Of a stretch of 64,000 nucleotides of DNA, positions 50,614-61,300 are shown in pieces (the first letter of the stretch is position 1; each line of letters starts with the position of its first letter). The position numbers and the translations under genes were made by a program. The DNA is taken from assembly GCA_965112155.1 (NCBI GenBank), contig OZ218100.1, one strand, 5' to 3'. The notes under the pieces were generated by a model. That model was not told the DNA's origin. It made no database searches and saw nothing but the letters and a program-made list of their open reading frames with translations. The stretch is from Podarcis liolepis. Its lineage: Eukaryota.

Positions 50614-51398
50614 TGATACGGAACGGAAGGGGGGGGGGCTCCTTTCCCCCTTCCTTCTAGGAACATCCGAGGCCCCGCTTATTCCTATGGCCCCGCTTTA
50701 GCCAATCACAGACCTCCTGTTACAATGTATCCATTCTGTTTCTGCTTTTGCCCTATAGTACAGAATGGGTTTGAAATCATTGAAATCTTTAAAAATTGAT
50801 ATAAAATCAACCGTAACTCCAATTTCTTCGCTCTCAGTGTCATTCAACTCAGTTCCCCGTGGGCTCCATAATGCTATCCCTACTTCCATAATCCTCGAAG
50901 CGGCAGGTCACGTACGCAGGAACTTCTTAATTTGCCAAACCTTCCCTCTAGGCAATATTAGGTGGCAGACGATGCATATCTCTGACCCATTGTCTTGCCA
51001 CCACCGGTACTCAATAAATGTGTATCTATGTATATTTCCCGCTCCGCATATCCCCCCTCCCTCATCCGAAAATGCTAATTAATGTAATCCCACCTTTTCA
51101 TAATGTATTCATGACGTGTAAAGTATATTCATGATGTAACTTGTGAAACCCAACCTTCCCATAATGTATTCGTGACGTTTCATGCACTGTATTCTGGGAT
51201 ATGGAGGGAAATTTCAAAAGTTCATGTCACCCCTTTCTCTGGGTTCAATCTCGCCTTGAACCTGTTGCGCAATAAACTTGGATCTTCTGCAGTTTGCTCC
51301 TGCGTCCGGCTGAGCTCATTTTCTTCCGCAGGGACCCACGGACTTAGTCCGATGAGCTGGGTGGCAGAGTAACACTGCACCCAGATTTTTCCGTAACA
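50614..51398 (+). repeat. 5' LTR (785 bp)
   Basis: TGATACGGAA...TTCCGTAACA inverted termini (9/10), AATAAA 51271-51276. Confidence 0.97.
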
Positions 51399-51400
51399 GT

Positions 51401-51419
51401 TGGCGCCGCAACGTGGGGC
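51401..51419 (+). promoter_or_regulatory. Primer-binding site for tRNA-Lys(CUU) (Lys1,2)
   Basis: TGGCGCCGCAACGTGGGGC is the canonical TGGCGCCCAACGTGGGGC with one extra G, 2 nt after the LTR. Confidence 0.93.
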
Positions 51420-51611
51420 TTGCGGTTCTCCCGAGCTGCTGACTGGGGGCCCCGAAATCTTCAGCCGGCTCCGGGCCATTTTGCCTGGGAAGATCCTTTT
51501 GGACCCCCAGCCATCTTCTGGGCGGTAATCGAAAGCCCTAGGAGTTCAGCCGGGGAGCAAAAGAGGGATCCAGCCGGCTTATTCATCGATCCCGGGATCA
51601 TCATAGAAGAC

Positions 51612-51620
51612 GCGTGAGTA
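51612..51620 (+). promoter_or_regulatory. Candidate major splice donor in the leader
   Basis: GC|GTGAGTA about 200 nt downstream of the PBS, the usual position in retroviral leaders. Confidence 0.55.
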
Positions 51621-53620
51621 TAAGGAAAAAGGAAAATCCAGTGCACTGGTGGGAAGGGGGTGGAATCTCCTGGCAACTGAATTCTCTGCCCTCCTCTCTA
51701 TCGCTCCTTCTTGCCTTTCTCTTGGTCCGGTTAGTGAGAGAGACCGTGGACCGCTGCTCAACCCGAAAGGGGGGTTCTGAGCTCTATCTCTTTTCCTTAA
51801 AATCTCCAGCCAGCCGCACCAATTGGGAGCCCGAAAGTAAGACGGTGAGACCCGGCTTGGAAAGACAGCCGACTCTCCGCAACGGGCATCTCAGTTGAAA
51901 GCAAGGGGTTGGAGCTCTCTTTCCGAACTTCTCTAGCGCCCGGCAAGGGGGCGGGAAGTGGTCTTGCTTTCTATCCCAATCCCAGCCGCACTGGTCGGTA
52001 ACACGTGTATCGTGCGTGAGCCCGCTTCCAAAAGCAAGGGGGATTTTCAGTTCGAAATTCTATCCAGGGATCACCCGATCTGGCACCGCATGGCGCGGGC
52101 GTCCAGTAGGGCCCCTTTTCCTGAGATGTGACGATAGGTAGGAGGTTGCCAGGAGGGATAGCCCATGAGGAATTGGGCAGGACCGGCAGAGTGGAAAGAG
52201 ACCCCAGGTTATAGGAAATAAGGAAATAGGAAAGGGAACGCAAGGAACCGGATAGCTAGAGCTCTCTAAAACCCACTAAGGAAGTTGCCAGGCAACTAGA
52301 AGCCCCTTCTCCTCTTTACTATACGTCCCTGTACTAAGCATACCAAACCCCTAGACATACCAATCCTAATCAACCCCTCTCTTTCCCCCTTCTCTATCCC
52401 AGACACCCCCCCCCCAAAAAAAAGAAGGAAAAAGCAAAAAAGCAACAACAGCAACGCATGCATCTATAAAGGGGTATCCAGTCGACCAAGCGTTATGAGC
52501 CCTACCAGTTTGATTAACTGGTGGTGTGTTTGAAGAGGCAAGGAGGCTCATAAAACCATGTGGGACCTTCCTACTAATTTCACTTAATGAAGCCAGAGGT
52601 AGTGGCCCAACTCCTTGCAATAACCAACTAAAGGATGAGAATATATCTGTTTATATGTTACATGTTGTCTGTTATGTGTGTTGTCTGTTAATACATATAT
52701 GAGAATATGTATGTTTACATGTTGTCTGTTATGTGTGTTGTCTGTTCCTTCTGTCTCTGGCAGACTGCTTTTCTTAAGTGTGCATAGTTTAAACTGCAAG
52801 CTTGCTTCAAAATTTAAATCTAAGGAAGCCATGCTGGATCTTAGCAGTCCTAAATAAGACAAGATGAGAATGAAGTGTGCAAATGTTTACCCCACCTCTT
52901 GCTTTGCCCCAACTTTTGAGATTGTGAGTCTACAGTCTTATTTTGGAAGGTGATGATAACCTAATGTTTCTGCTGCAAAAGCCTAGTTGAGCACAACTGC
53001 TCGCTCAAGCTAAAATGCAGTGTATGTATTTCATTAAGCGTATGCCCATAAAAGTATGGTGTTCATTCTAAGAAAAAATATTTGAGTCCAGTTTTAACTT
53101 TGATCTGGTTGGACAGAAGAGTTATTGTAAGGCTCCTGATATCAGTCTCTATAAGACGTCCTGGCCTCTTTTCTTAGAAAATGCCCCCCCCCCCCTTGTT
53201 TCATTCTGCCTCTTTCAGGTTTTTTTTTTCCTTCTTATTCTGTGCCAGGTAAATTTACTCCCGAGTAAGCTTCCTTTAAAGGAAACTGCAAAGGTGGGGG
53301 GGGGGCATAGATTAGGCTTACTATTCCTCTGCAAGTTCAGGAAAAATTGTCACTTTTGTATTCCTTTTAAATCAAATCTATGGCTGTTTTAACTATGCTT
53401 TATAAGAGATCCTCTACCTATCTTAGGAAAAATGTTCACTTCAGTCTTTAAAGATAATTTATCTAGGAACTTTCACTCTTTAGTCTAAGGAAGTAAACAC
53501 TCACTCAAACTAGCTTCAAGATCTGCTAAAAGGGTTGGGTACTTTTATTTTCCTCTTCCTTAGTACATGATAGGCGCATGGCTTGTGGTCTCTTCCCCAG
53601 TTGTGTCTGTGTACATAAGT

Positions 53621-53904
53621 ATGTGTGTGTTTCTGGTAGTACAAATCTTGCTATGAACCCTGTATTTTAGGGTTGGACTAGATGACCCCAGGTCCCTTTC
53701 AACTTTCCCAATTTGTGGCTGATGAGTTGAAATCCAGCCCAGATTTGCTCTTTGTTTTTAAAGGTGAGAGGTGAATGTGTGTGTTTCTGGTAGTACAAAT
53801 CTTGCTATGAACCCTGTATTTTAGGGTTGGACTAGATGACCCCAGGTCCCTTTCAACTTTCCCAATTTGTAGCTGATGTGTTGAAATTCAGCCCAGATTT
53901 GCTC
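53621..53904 (+). repeat. Two ~130-bp direct repeats (154-bp period), each with a CR1-type 3' tail motif
   Basis: Copies 53621-53750 and 53775-53904; GGGTTGGACTAGATGACCCCAGGTCCCTTTCAACT at 53670 and 53824. Confidence 0.9.
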
Positions 53905-54113
53905 ATGATGTTTGAAACAGAACTGGTGATATCAGGCATTTGAGTGATTACAGTATTTATCATTTTGTCTACTATTAAAAAAAAAAAATCAAACTTAAAA
54001 GTCTATTAAAAGTTTAAGCACATAAAAATTCATATAGTTAAGTAGAATTAGCCTTGACCATGACTGAGAATGTTAAAAAAAACTAAATAAAAAATCCTAT
54101 GAATTCTAACTCT

Positions 54114-54496
54114 CTGGCCATTTTTACTCATAAATAAGAGAGCGGTTGATTGTTCCGCGAATGGCCAGAGGGATATTAGCCCTTTCCTGTACATAAAGGA
54201 AGCAGACTCCTTTGCTTGGGCTGAATGGTGAATACTTGAATTGCTGAGTTTCTCTTTTTTGTTTTAAAATCTAACCCTATTTTAAAAATCTACTCCTTAC
54301 CTGGCCATTTTTACTCATAAATAAGAGAGCGGTTGATTGTTCCGCGAATGACCAGATAAAATGACCAATAATGATAGCCCTTTCCTGTACATAAAGGAAG
54401 CACTCCTTTGCTTGGGCTGAATGGTGAATACTTGAATTGCTGAGTTTCTCTTTTTTGTTTTAAAATCTAACCCTATTTTTAAAATCTACTCCTTAC
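54114..54496 (+). repeat. ~187-bp tandem duplication
   Basis: CTGGCCATTTTTACTCATAAATAAGAGAGCGG...AATCTACTCCTTAC at 54114-54300 and 54301-54496. Confidence 0.92.
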
Positions 54497-54888
54497 CTTT
54501 CCCTTCCTTATTCTAATTGAGCCAAAAGATGCAACATTTTCAATGGTATAAAAGGTTTGCTGAGGCATGAACTCTGCACATGCACAGAGGCTAGATCAGC
54601 TTACAAAAGAGAGAGAGAGAGAGAGAAAGGAGGGGGGGGGAGAGAGAAGGTTTGGAGAGCCTGAAACCTATACAAATTTCCTTATGTAAAACCTTGAACC
54701 ATTGAGGGAAATCACCCTTAATGTGTTTTGCTCCAGGGCTACTTAAGACAATAAAGTTAAGTACTGGACATGCCAAATTCTTTTCACAGGTAAATATCAA
54801 AGCACTCCCACTGTGAGTTCCTCTCTTGAGTAGTTCCCCCCCCCCATGGGATTTAAATTTTATAAGTTTTTTTTTTTTTTGTGTGTGT

Positions 54889-55043
54889 GTGTGTATATGC
54901 CTATGCATTTAGGAACAGCATTTCCTGACAAACCTCTCACATGAAAATTTTTTCCCTTTCAACAGGTGTGTATATGCCTATACATTTTAGGAACAGCATT
55001 TCCTGACAGACCTCTCACATGAAATAATTTTCCTTTTTAACAG
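54889..55043 (+). repeat. ~77-bp tandem duplication, each unit ending in a pyrimidine tract plus AACAG
   Basis: GTGTGTATATGCCTAT..AGGAACAGCATTTCCTGACA..AACAG twice. Confidence 0.88.
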
Positions 55044-56024
55044 AGTGTCCTTTCTTTTCTCCCACAGCACAAATGATAATGAGGGGATGCAAACAGTGAT
55101 TTAAATACTCTATAAAAAGTAATTGCATTTGTTTTTCTTTTGTCTTTCTTCCCTTAAAGCCAAACAGTCACTTTCTTTCTGTTCAGCAAAACAAGTCTGA
55201 ATCCCTGCTATATTAGTTGATTTCCTTCTATCTCTTTGTGGCTTTGACATTTTTTTTTAGGTTACAAATAATCTGTTTTCGTTTATCAAGTTCGTTTTAT
55301 TAGTTCTTCCATTATATATATGAAATTAATCGAAGCACAACCAAACATTGTTTGTGGAATGGTATTTGTTTACCTTTGGCCTGAGCATTTCTTACTAATT
55401 CTGTCATTTTGGCTAGTGCAAGGTACCTGCACAACTTTAAATTGCCATTCATTTTTATTGGTATTAACTCATTTCCCAGTATTCCGCTATTAACATTACA
55501 GCTGATGTCACATCAAGAAACACTTTTATTTTCATTTGGGATGTTAGAATGCCAAAACAGATTACTTCAGGTTACTTATTAATGGTGTGTCTTAGCATTT
55601 ATTTATTTTTGATTCCTCATAGCTCATTTTGTGTGTGTGTGTTCTACTTTAGGGACATGTTCATCACATGCTGAAAGTCAGTTTCATGAAGTTCTTTTAT
55701 CAGATAGCACATGGTGAATTTTAAGTTTTTCCCCATTGTTTTCCCATTTTTTTCAGTCTAGTAGTAATCTGCGTGGTTTTGATAATATATTTAATAATAA
55801 TTCTTTTCTAAATCTGATGTCCTTGTGTCAAGTTTGTTTTCATCTGACTGGTAATCTAATTTTTTGCTTTCTTTTGTATTTTTTAACCTTTGTATTTTTT
55901 ACAGTTCTCTTTCTATACATGTGGAGTAATTTTATTTTATAATATGAAAAGAACAACAACAAAAACTAAGTGAAGGAAAGCAAACAAACTTAGCAGATAA
56001 TAACAGTAATTATGTGGAAATGTG

Positions 56025-56110
56025 ATAATAAATAATAATAAATAATTTTATTTATATCCTGCCCTCCCCAGCCGAAGCTGGGCTCAGGGCGGCTAACAAC
56101 AATCAAAATA
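56025..56110 (-). mobile_element. L2-type LINE/SINE 3'-tail fragment inside the LTR element
   Basis: (AAT)n then TTTATTTATATCCTGCCCT...CTCAGGGCGGCTAACA, same tail architecture as 20615-20660 and 49330-49376. Confidence 0.7.
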
Positions 56111-57603
56111 GTCCAATAATGATAATGAATAAAATGTTTAATCCACTAAGATTGTTATTATTTGCAGCTTCCCATGGAAACTGGAGGACATCCTTTTTGC
56201 CTTTTGCCCCTTCCTTGTCTGTGTCTTTAAGTCTCCCCAAAAACCCTGCCCCCTTACAGGATATCACTTCTACAGATGTGCAATGATGAAAAGGAGCAAC
56301 AACCCCTCAGTTCTTCGCCATCACAAGACCAGCAACACCAGAGTTTTCAAAGTGCCCACAGCTATCTCTTTCAAAGGATATAGACTGAGGGGGGAGTGGG
56401 GCTGACAAAGGGGGGGAGGAGTTGAACTGACAAAGGGGGGAGGAGTTGAATTGCAAGGACATTTTCTCACTTTTGAAACTCAAGCCTCTGTGCTCCAGGA
56501 TTCAAAAGATACATACGTAAAAGATCACAATTGTGTCAAGATATGCAACAGATATTTAATTATTTTGTTTTGTATTATGTGTTATTATGTAAGAATGTTG
56601 AAATGTGTCTGACAGTGTGATTTCCACAAAGGGGGGCAATTTATTGTGTGTAATTGTTTTTATGTTTTATGTCTTATTGCTTACACACCAATGGAGAATT
56701 CTCATGCATTTTATACTTTCTAATAGCTCACACTATTGTGTAGTCCAATGTTTAGATAACCACAATTCGTTGTCCCACCTGGCACTATGCCAACCTTCCC
56801 TACCCATTTTAAAAAATGTGCTAAAACTTGCTTTACCAAGGAGAAGCTTCTAAGAAACATGAAGGTGGATATGCTTTGGTTTAGCAGGAATGATTTCTTA
56901 TAGACTTAAATTGACTTATTTGGACAACTGCCCTTGTTAAGAATGGTTTTCTTTTAACAGATTGGTTTGAAGAGTTGAGAACCATGGGGCAAGATAAATT
57001 CAAATTGGACTCAGTTTGAATTGGGCAAGTGTATCCAGGCTGCAATTAGCCTTTTGGTCCTTTAAGTGCAAGTGAGCAACCCCCATGCGTGCAAAACCAC
57101 AGCCTATAATAGAATCCCATAGCTAAAGGCCAAGGCGAAGACCTCTCCCTCACGAGATGCCCAAACCTGTGCCAGCTATGGTGAATGCCAGGCGACATGG
57201 TTAAATGAAAGCCCTGAGGGGATTCAACAGACAGGATGTGTTGCTGTAGCACTATGTCAGTGTGAGACCACAGAAGAGCTACCTTGACACCTGAGAACAC
57301 ACAAATGGCGGGGGGGGGGAGCCAACTGCATTTTTCAGTCAATTAGACCTTCCTGCTAGGTGTAAAGCATAAAACACTATTGAGAATGCCACAACTAATT
57401 TAGCAACAAAATACAAGAGGTGTTCTTTATATAATACCCTATATGCAGCTACCTGCACTGCTATACTTGCAAATGACCGTAAGAGGCATGGCTTGCAAGT
57501 CCCTTTCAGGTTTGCATAAAGCCACACATCCCATTCACCGAGATTTAGGGTGCGGAGAAAAGATTTGCAAGTTCTTACAGAACTTTAATGCAAATCTATC
57601 TCC

Positions 57604-57614
57604 GAATGGGGGAC
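57604..57614 (+). promoter_or_regulatory. Short polypurine-tract-like sequence
   Basis: GAATGGGGGAC directly before the TG of the 3' LTR. Confidence 0.6.
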
Positions 57615-58397
57615 TGATACGGAACGGAAGGGGGGGGCTCCTTTCCCCCTTCCTTCTAGGAACATCCGAGGCCCCGCTTATTCCTATGGCCCCGCTTTAG
57701 CCAATCACAGACCTCCTGTTACAATGTATCCATTCTGTTTCTGCTTTTGCCCTATAGTACAGAATGGGTTTGAAATCATTGAAATCTTTAAAAATTGATA
57801 TAAAATCAACCGTAACTCCAATTTCTTCGCTCTCAGTGTCATTCAACTCAGTTCCCCGTGGGCTCCATAATGCTATCCCTACTTCCATAATCCCCGAAGC
57901 GGCAGGTCACGTACGCAGGAACTTCTTAATTTGCCAAACCTTCCCTCTAGGCAATATTAGGTGGCAGACGATGCATATCTCTGACCCATTGTCTTGCCAC
58001 CACCGGTACTCAATAAATGTGTATCTATGTATATTTCCCGCTCCGCATATCCCCCCTCCCTCATCCGAAAATGCTAATTAATGTAATCCCACCTTTTCAT
58101 AATGTATTCATGACGTGTAAAGTATATTCATGATGTAACTTGTGAAACCCAACCTTCCCATAATGTATTCGTGACGTTTCATGCACTGTATTCTGGGATA
58201 TGGAGGGAAATTTCAAAAGTTCATGTCACCCCTTTCTCTGGGTTCAATCTCGCCTTGAACCTGTTGCGCAATAAACTTGGATCTTCTGCAGTTTGCTCCT
58301 GCGTCCGGCTGAGCTCATTTTCTTCCGCAGGGACCCACGGACTTAGTCCGATGAGCTGGGTGGCAGAGTAACACTGCACCCAGATTTTTCCGTAACA
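57615..58397 (+). repeat. 3' LTR (783 bp)
   Basis: Matches the 5' LTR by eye except G8 vs G10 near the start and C57894 vs T50895. Confidence 0.97.
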
Positions 58398-61300
58398 GCT
58401 ACATTAGGAGTAAAGTGTTCAGATAAAGGTTATCGGTGGTGGAGGCAGGAATATATATGTGTGTGTACAATACCCATTAAAGGCCCAGCTCATAGCTGTA
58501 TATCTTGAATAAAGTGGAAAGGCGTGTGGGCCATGCCACAGCACCTCAGACCCTGTGTGAGATGGGGGGAAACTCTACATCTGCTTACAGAACTGTCATC
58601 AATGGGAGCCCATGTGTATGCGGGGCTTTGGAATGCAACCAAGTTTACTTTGAAGTGCCACAAATTAAGTCTAACATAATTTGAGATATCACACAACAAA
58701 ACACACTCTCAGGGGGGAAATTAGTTGGCTCGATAACACCATATAGCTTTCTTCGAGAACCAAATTTGCTGCATAACTAATTGGCAAATTAGCAAGTTAT
58801 CAGCTCTGGGTTTGGGAGGAAAGGGGAAGTAAAAGAACAGACAGAGATTACATGGAAGTCTTTTATTATAGGCTCCTTACAGAAGTTATCAGTAAAAGGT
58901 ATTAAACATTCACCACACTAATTATTGAATGTAATTCAGAGCCAGTTGGGGTTAGAAGAACTGGAAAAGTGATACAGCTGAAAACTCAGTAGACCACCTT
59001 CATATTCTGCTCTAGTTATGATTTCACAAACAAGCCAGCACTTTTAGATTTTAAAAAGAAGAAAAACAATATGCAGTTGATGTTATTTTCATCAGAAAAA
59101 AACAGTAAGTGCAAGGAATATGCAGAATAATCATTATTATTAAATAAAATTTGGCATCATATTTTTGTATTAGAGAAAAGCAGAGATGTAATTTGCAATA
59201 AATAAGGATTCACAAGTTTTACTGCAATCAGCTTCACATTTACTTTTATTTTAATCCAGTCATCTCAGAATTATGTCCACCAATTGGGCAGAAGCTTTGG
59301 AGTGGAGACTTGTCTCTTAGGATCAAACCATTCCACACTGCAGGCTTCGGTGAGATTTTTATTCACTTTCTACATATAGAAACCAAAGCTGATAATTAGG
59401 GACTTTTCCAGGCCATCCAGAAAGGACATTGGCAAGTTAATATTTTACTGATCTCCTAAATCATTCCTTTGAATTGGGTGGGTTATATTTACATTGTTGC
59501 TGTTACATTAAATGTGGGGTGGCATGAGTATTCAAAAATGTAAGGCTAAAAAAAGCAACCCTCTCGCACCAACATGCGTGCTTCATTTGGAATTGGATCC
59601 AGACCTATCTGGATTTGGCTTGAAATGGGGTTCCCTTTCCACCTCACCCATCCTCTGTTCAAAAAATACTACTACTACTACTACTAATAATAATAATAAA
59701 ATGCACCCTTACCTTTCTGGTAGTGGAAGAGCTCAACAGTCTTGACTGAGTGATCAAATCCGCAGCCTGAACATGCTTAGGAACCTTACTGCAAGCTATG
59801 AAGCTGGTCAGTTGGGCAGGCAGACTGGTTACTCAGCCTGAAAAGGGCAAACAAACCATCCATCCCTGGATGGTTTGTTTTCCTGACACACACAAGTATA
59901 TTATTGTGAAGGAGAAAGAAACTGGCAAAGGGGTGTGTGTGCAAAATTCTGATGGATAGCTTTTGAGGTAAGCAAGAAGTTCTTAAATTATAAACTATGG
60001 AGAGCATGTATAATTGAAAAAGCAAGAGAGGGCACATCTTCAAAAAGTGAAGGGGGAGATAAACATGGAGAGAGTATTTTAGAAAATTATACCATCTCAT
60101 GTCTTGAGAGTCCTGGACTCACTCGTATGTGCCCTGAAAGTCTAGGATTTTGTCCTAATGCAGATTTCACCAAGTTGGTGCTCACCAGATGTTTTTGACT
60201 ACAACTTCCATCATCTCTCACCATTGGCTGTGCTGGTTGGGGCTGATGGAAGTTGTAGTCCAAAACATCTGGAGGGCCCCAGTTTTGTAAAAGTATCACA
60301 GGATCCCCTCTAATGTCCATACCTGTTACTGTGAGTTCAAAATTTATGAATTGCTATTTGTCGCAGAACGCCTCTTTAAGACTATTTGGTGTGCATTGGC
60401 AAGCTTCTCTGTTTAAAAGTGAGGTATTTCATTTTACCAGGGTCCCTTCATGGTCTCAAGTTCTTCACTTCTGTTGGGCTTATTTCAGAAAAGTATAGGT
60501 GAAAAATACAGTTTTCACCACTTCGTGAGCAGAAATCCCCAAGAGTCTTATTCATTTGAAATATAATATGCACAGAAAGAGTATGAAATGAAGTCTCAGT
60601 GTGTGAACTCTCAGTGTTACACTCACCTTGCCACCACCACACACACATACACACAAACTCTTCCTCATCTTTTATCTGCATGGTACATTCCTGATCCAAG
60701 AGAGGATTTGTAGTGCAATTAATGAACATTAATAGAAACATTAGCAAATGCCAAAACTGTTTCTCCTTGACTTGGTAACAGCAATTCACATCACACAAAA
60801 CGCAGGAAAACAATAAAAGATTATAAAGATTATATAACAGGATAGAAAGATGGGCCCTGATTGTATTTTTCTAAAACTTTAAGGCTTTTAGAAGGTTTAT
60901 TCTGACCTTTACATGCATATTTAACTATTCTTTATATAATGCTGCAATTATTGTGCAGTCTAAGTAGATTATCATTTGTTTATATTTGAGATTATAGGGG
61001 GTTTTGTCACATTTTAAAAAATGTAATACTGGCGGTTTATGAATCAGCATTTCTGTCACCCTGTTCCAGTTTTTTGAGAAGTAGCTACAAATATTACCTC
61101 AATGCTTGGACAGATATATATGACCTTGGGGAAATTAACTGATCAAAGCCCAGTTTTCACAATATTCATCTCATCCTTATTAGATTTACATGGTGGATCT
61201 CTTCTTTGGCTATTTATGGGAAAACATGAGGCCAAGTCTAAATGGAAGGCCGAATCTAAATAAATCTTGGGGAATAGGAGACAGGAATTCAAGTCCCACC

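Larger units (their letters stand above)
50614..58397 (+). mobile_element. Full-length, young, non-autonomous LTR retroelement / ERV-like provirus with non-coding interior
   Basis: Paired near-identical LTRs, perfect 5-bp TSD GCTAC (50609-50613 / 58398-58402), PBS, PPT-like tract; ORF track shows nothing longer than ~105 aa inside. Confidence 0.97.

Noticed and set aside
51299-51358. HDV-like ribozyme suggested by the pseudoknot topology
   Set aside because: Only 7 nt where P3/L3 (~13 nt) is needed and no J4/2 linker with the catalytic C
50698-51372. Duplicated small genes (identical ORFs at 50.7-51.4 kb and 57.7-58.4 kb)
   Set aside because: They are chance ORFs inside the two LTR copies
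51350-51390. Hammerhead ribozyme (retrozyme-like) in the LTR: CCGATGAG followed by a stem
   Set aside because: The core should be CUGAnGA...GAAA; here it is CCGAUGA and the stem is followed by AUUUUU, not GAAA
51420-57614. gag/pol/env or accessory genes in the LTR element interior
   Set aside because: All ORFs are ~105 aa or shorter, and none shows a CCHC knuckle, DTG/DSG, YxDD, integrase or env ISD motif by eye; a profile search is still needed
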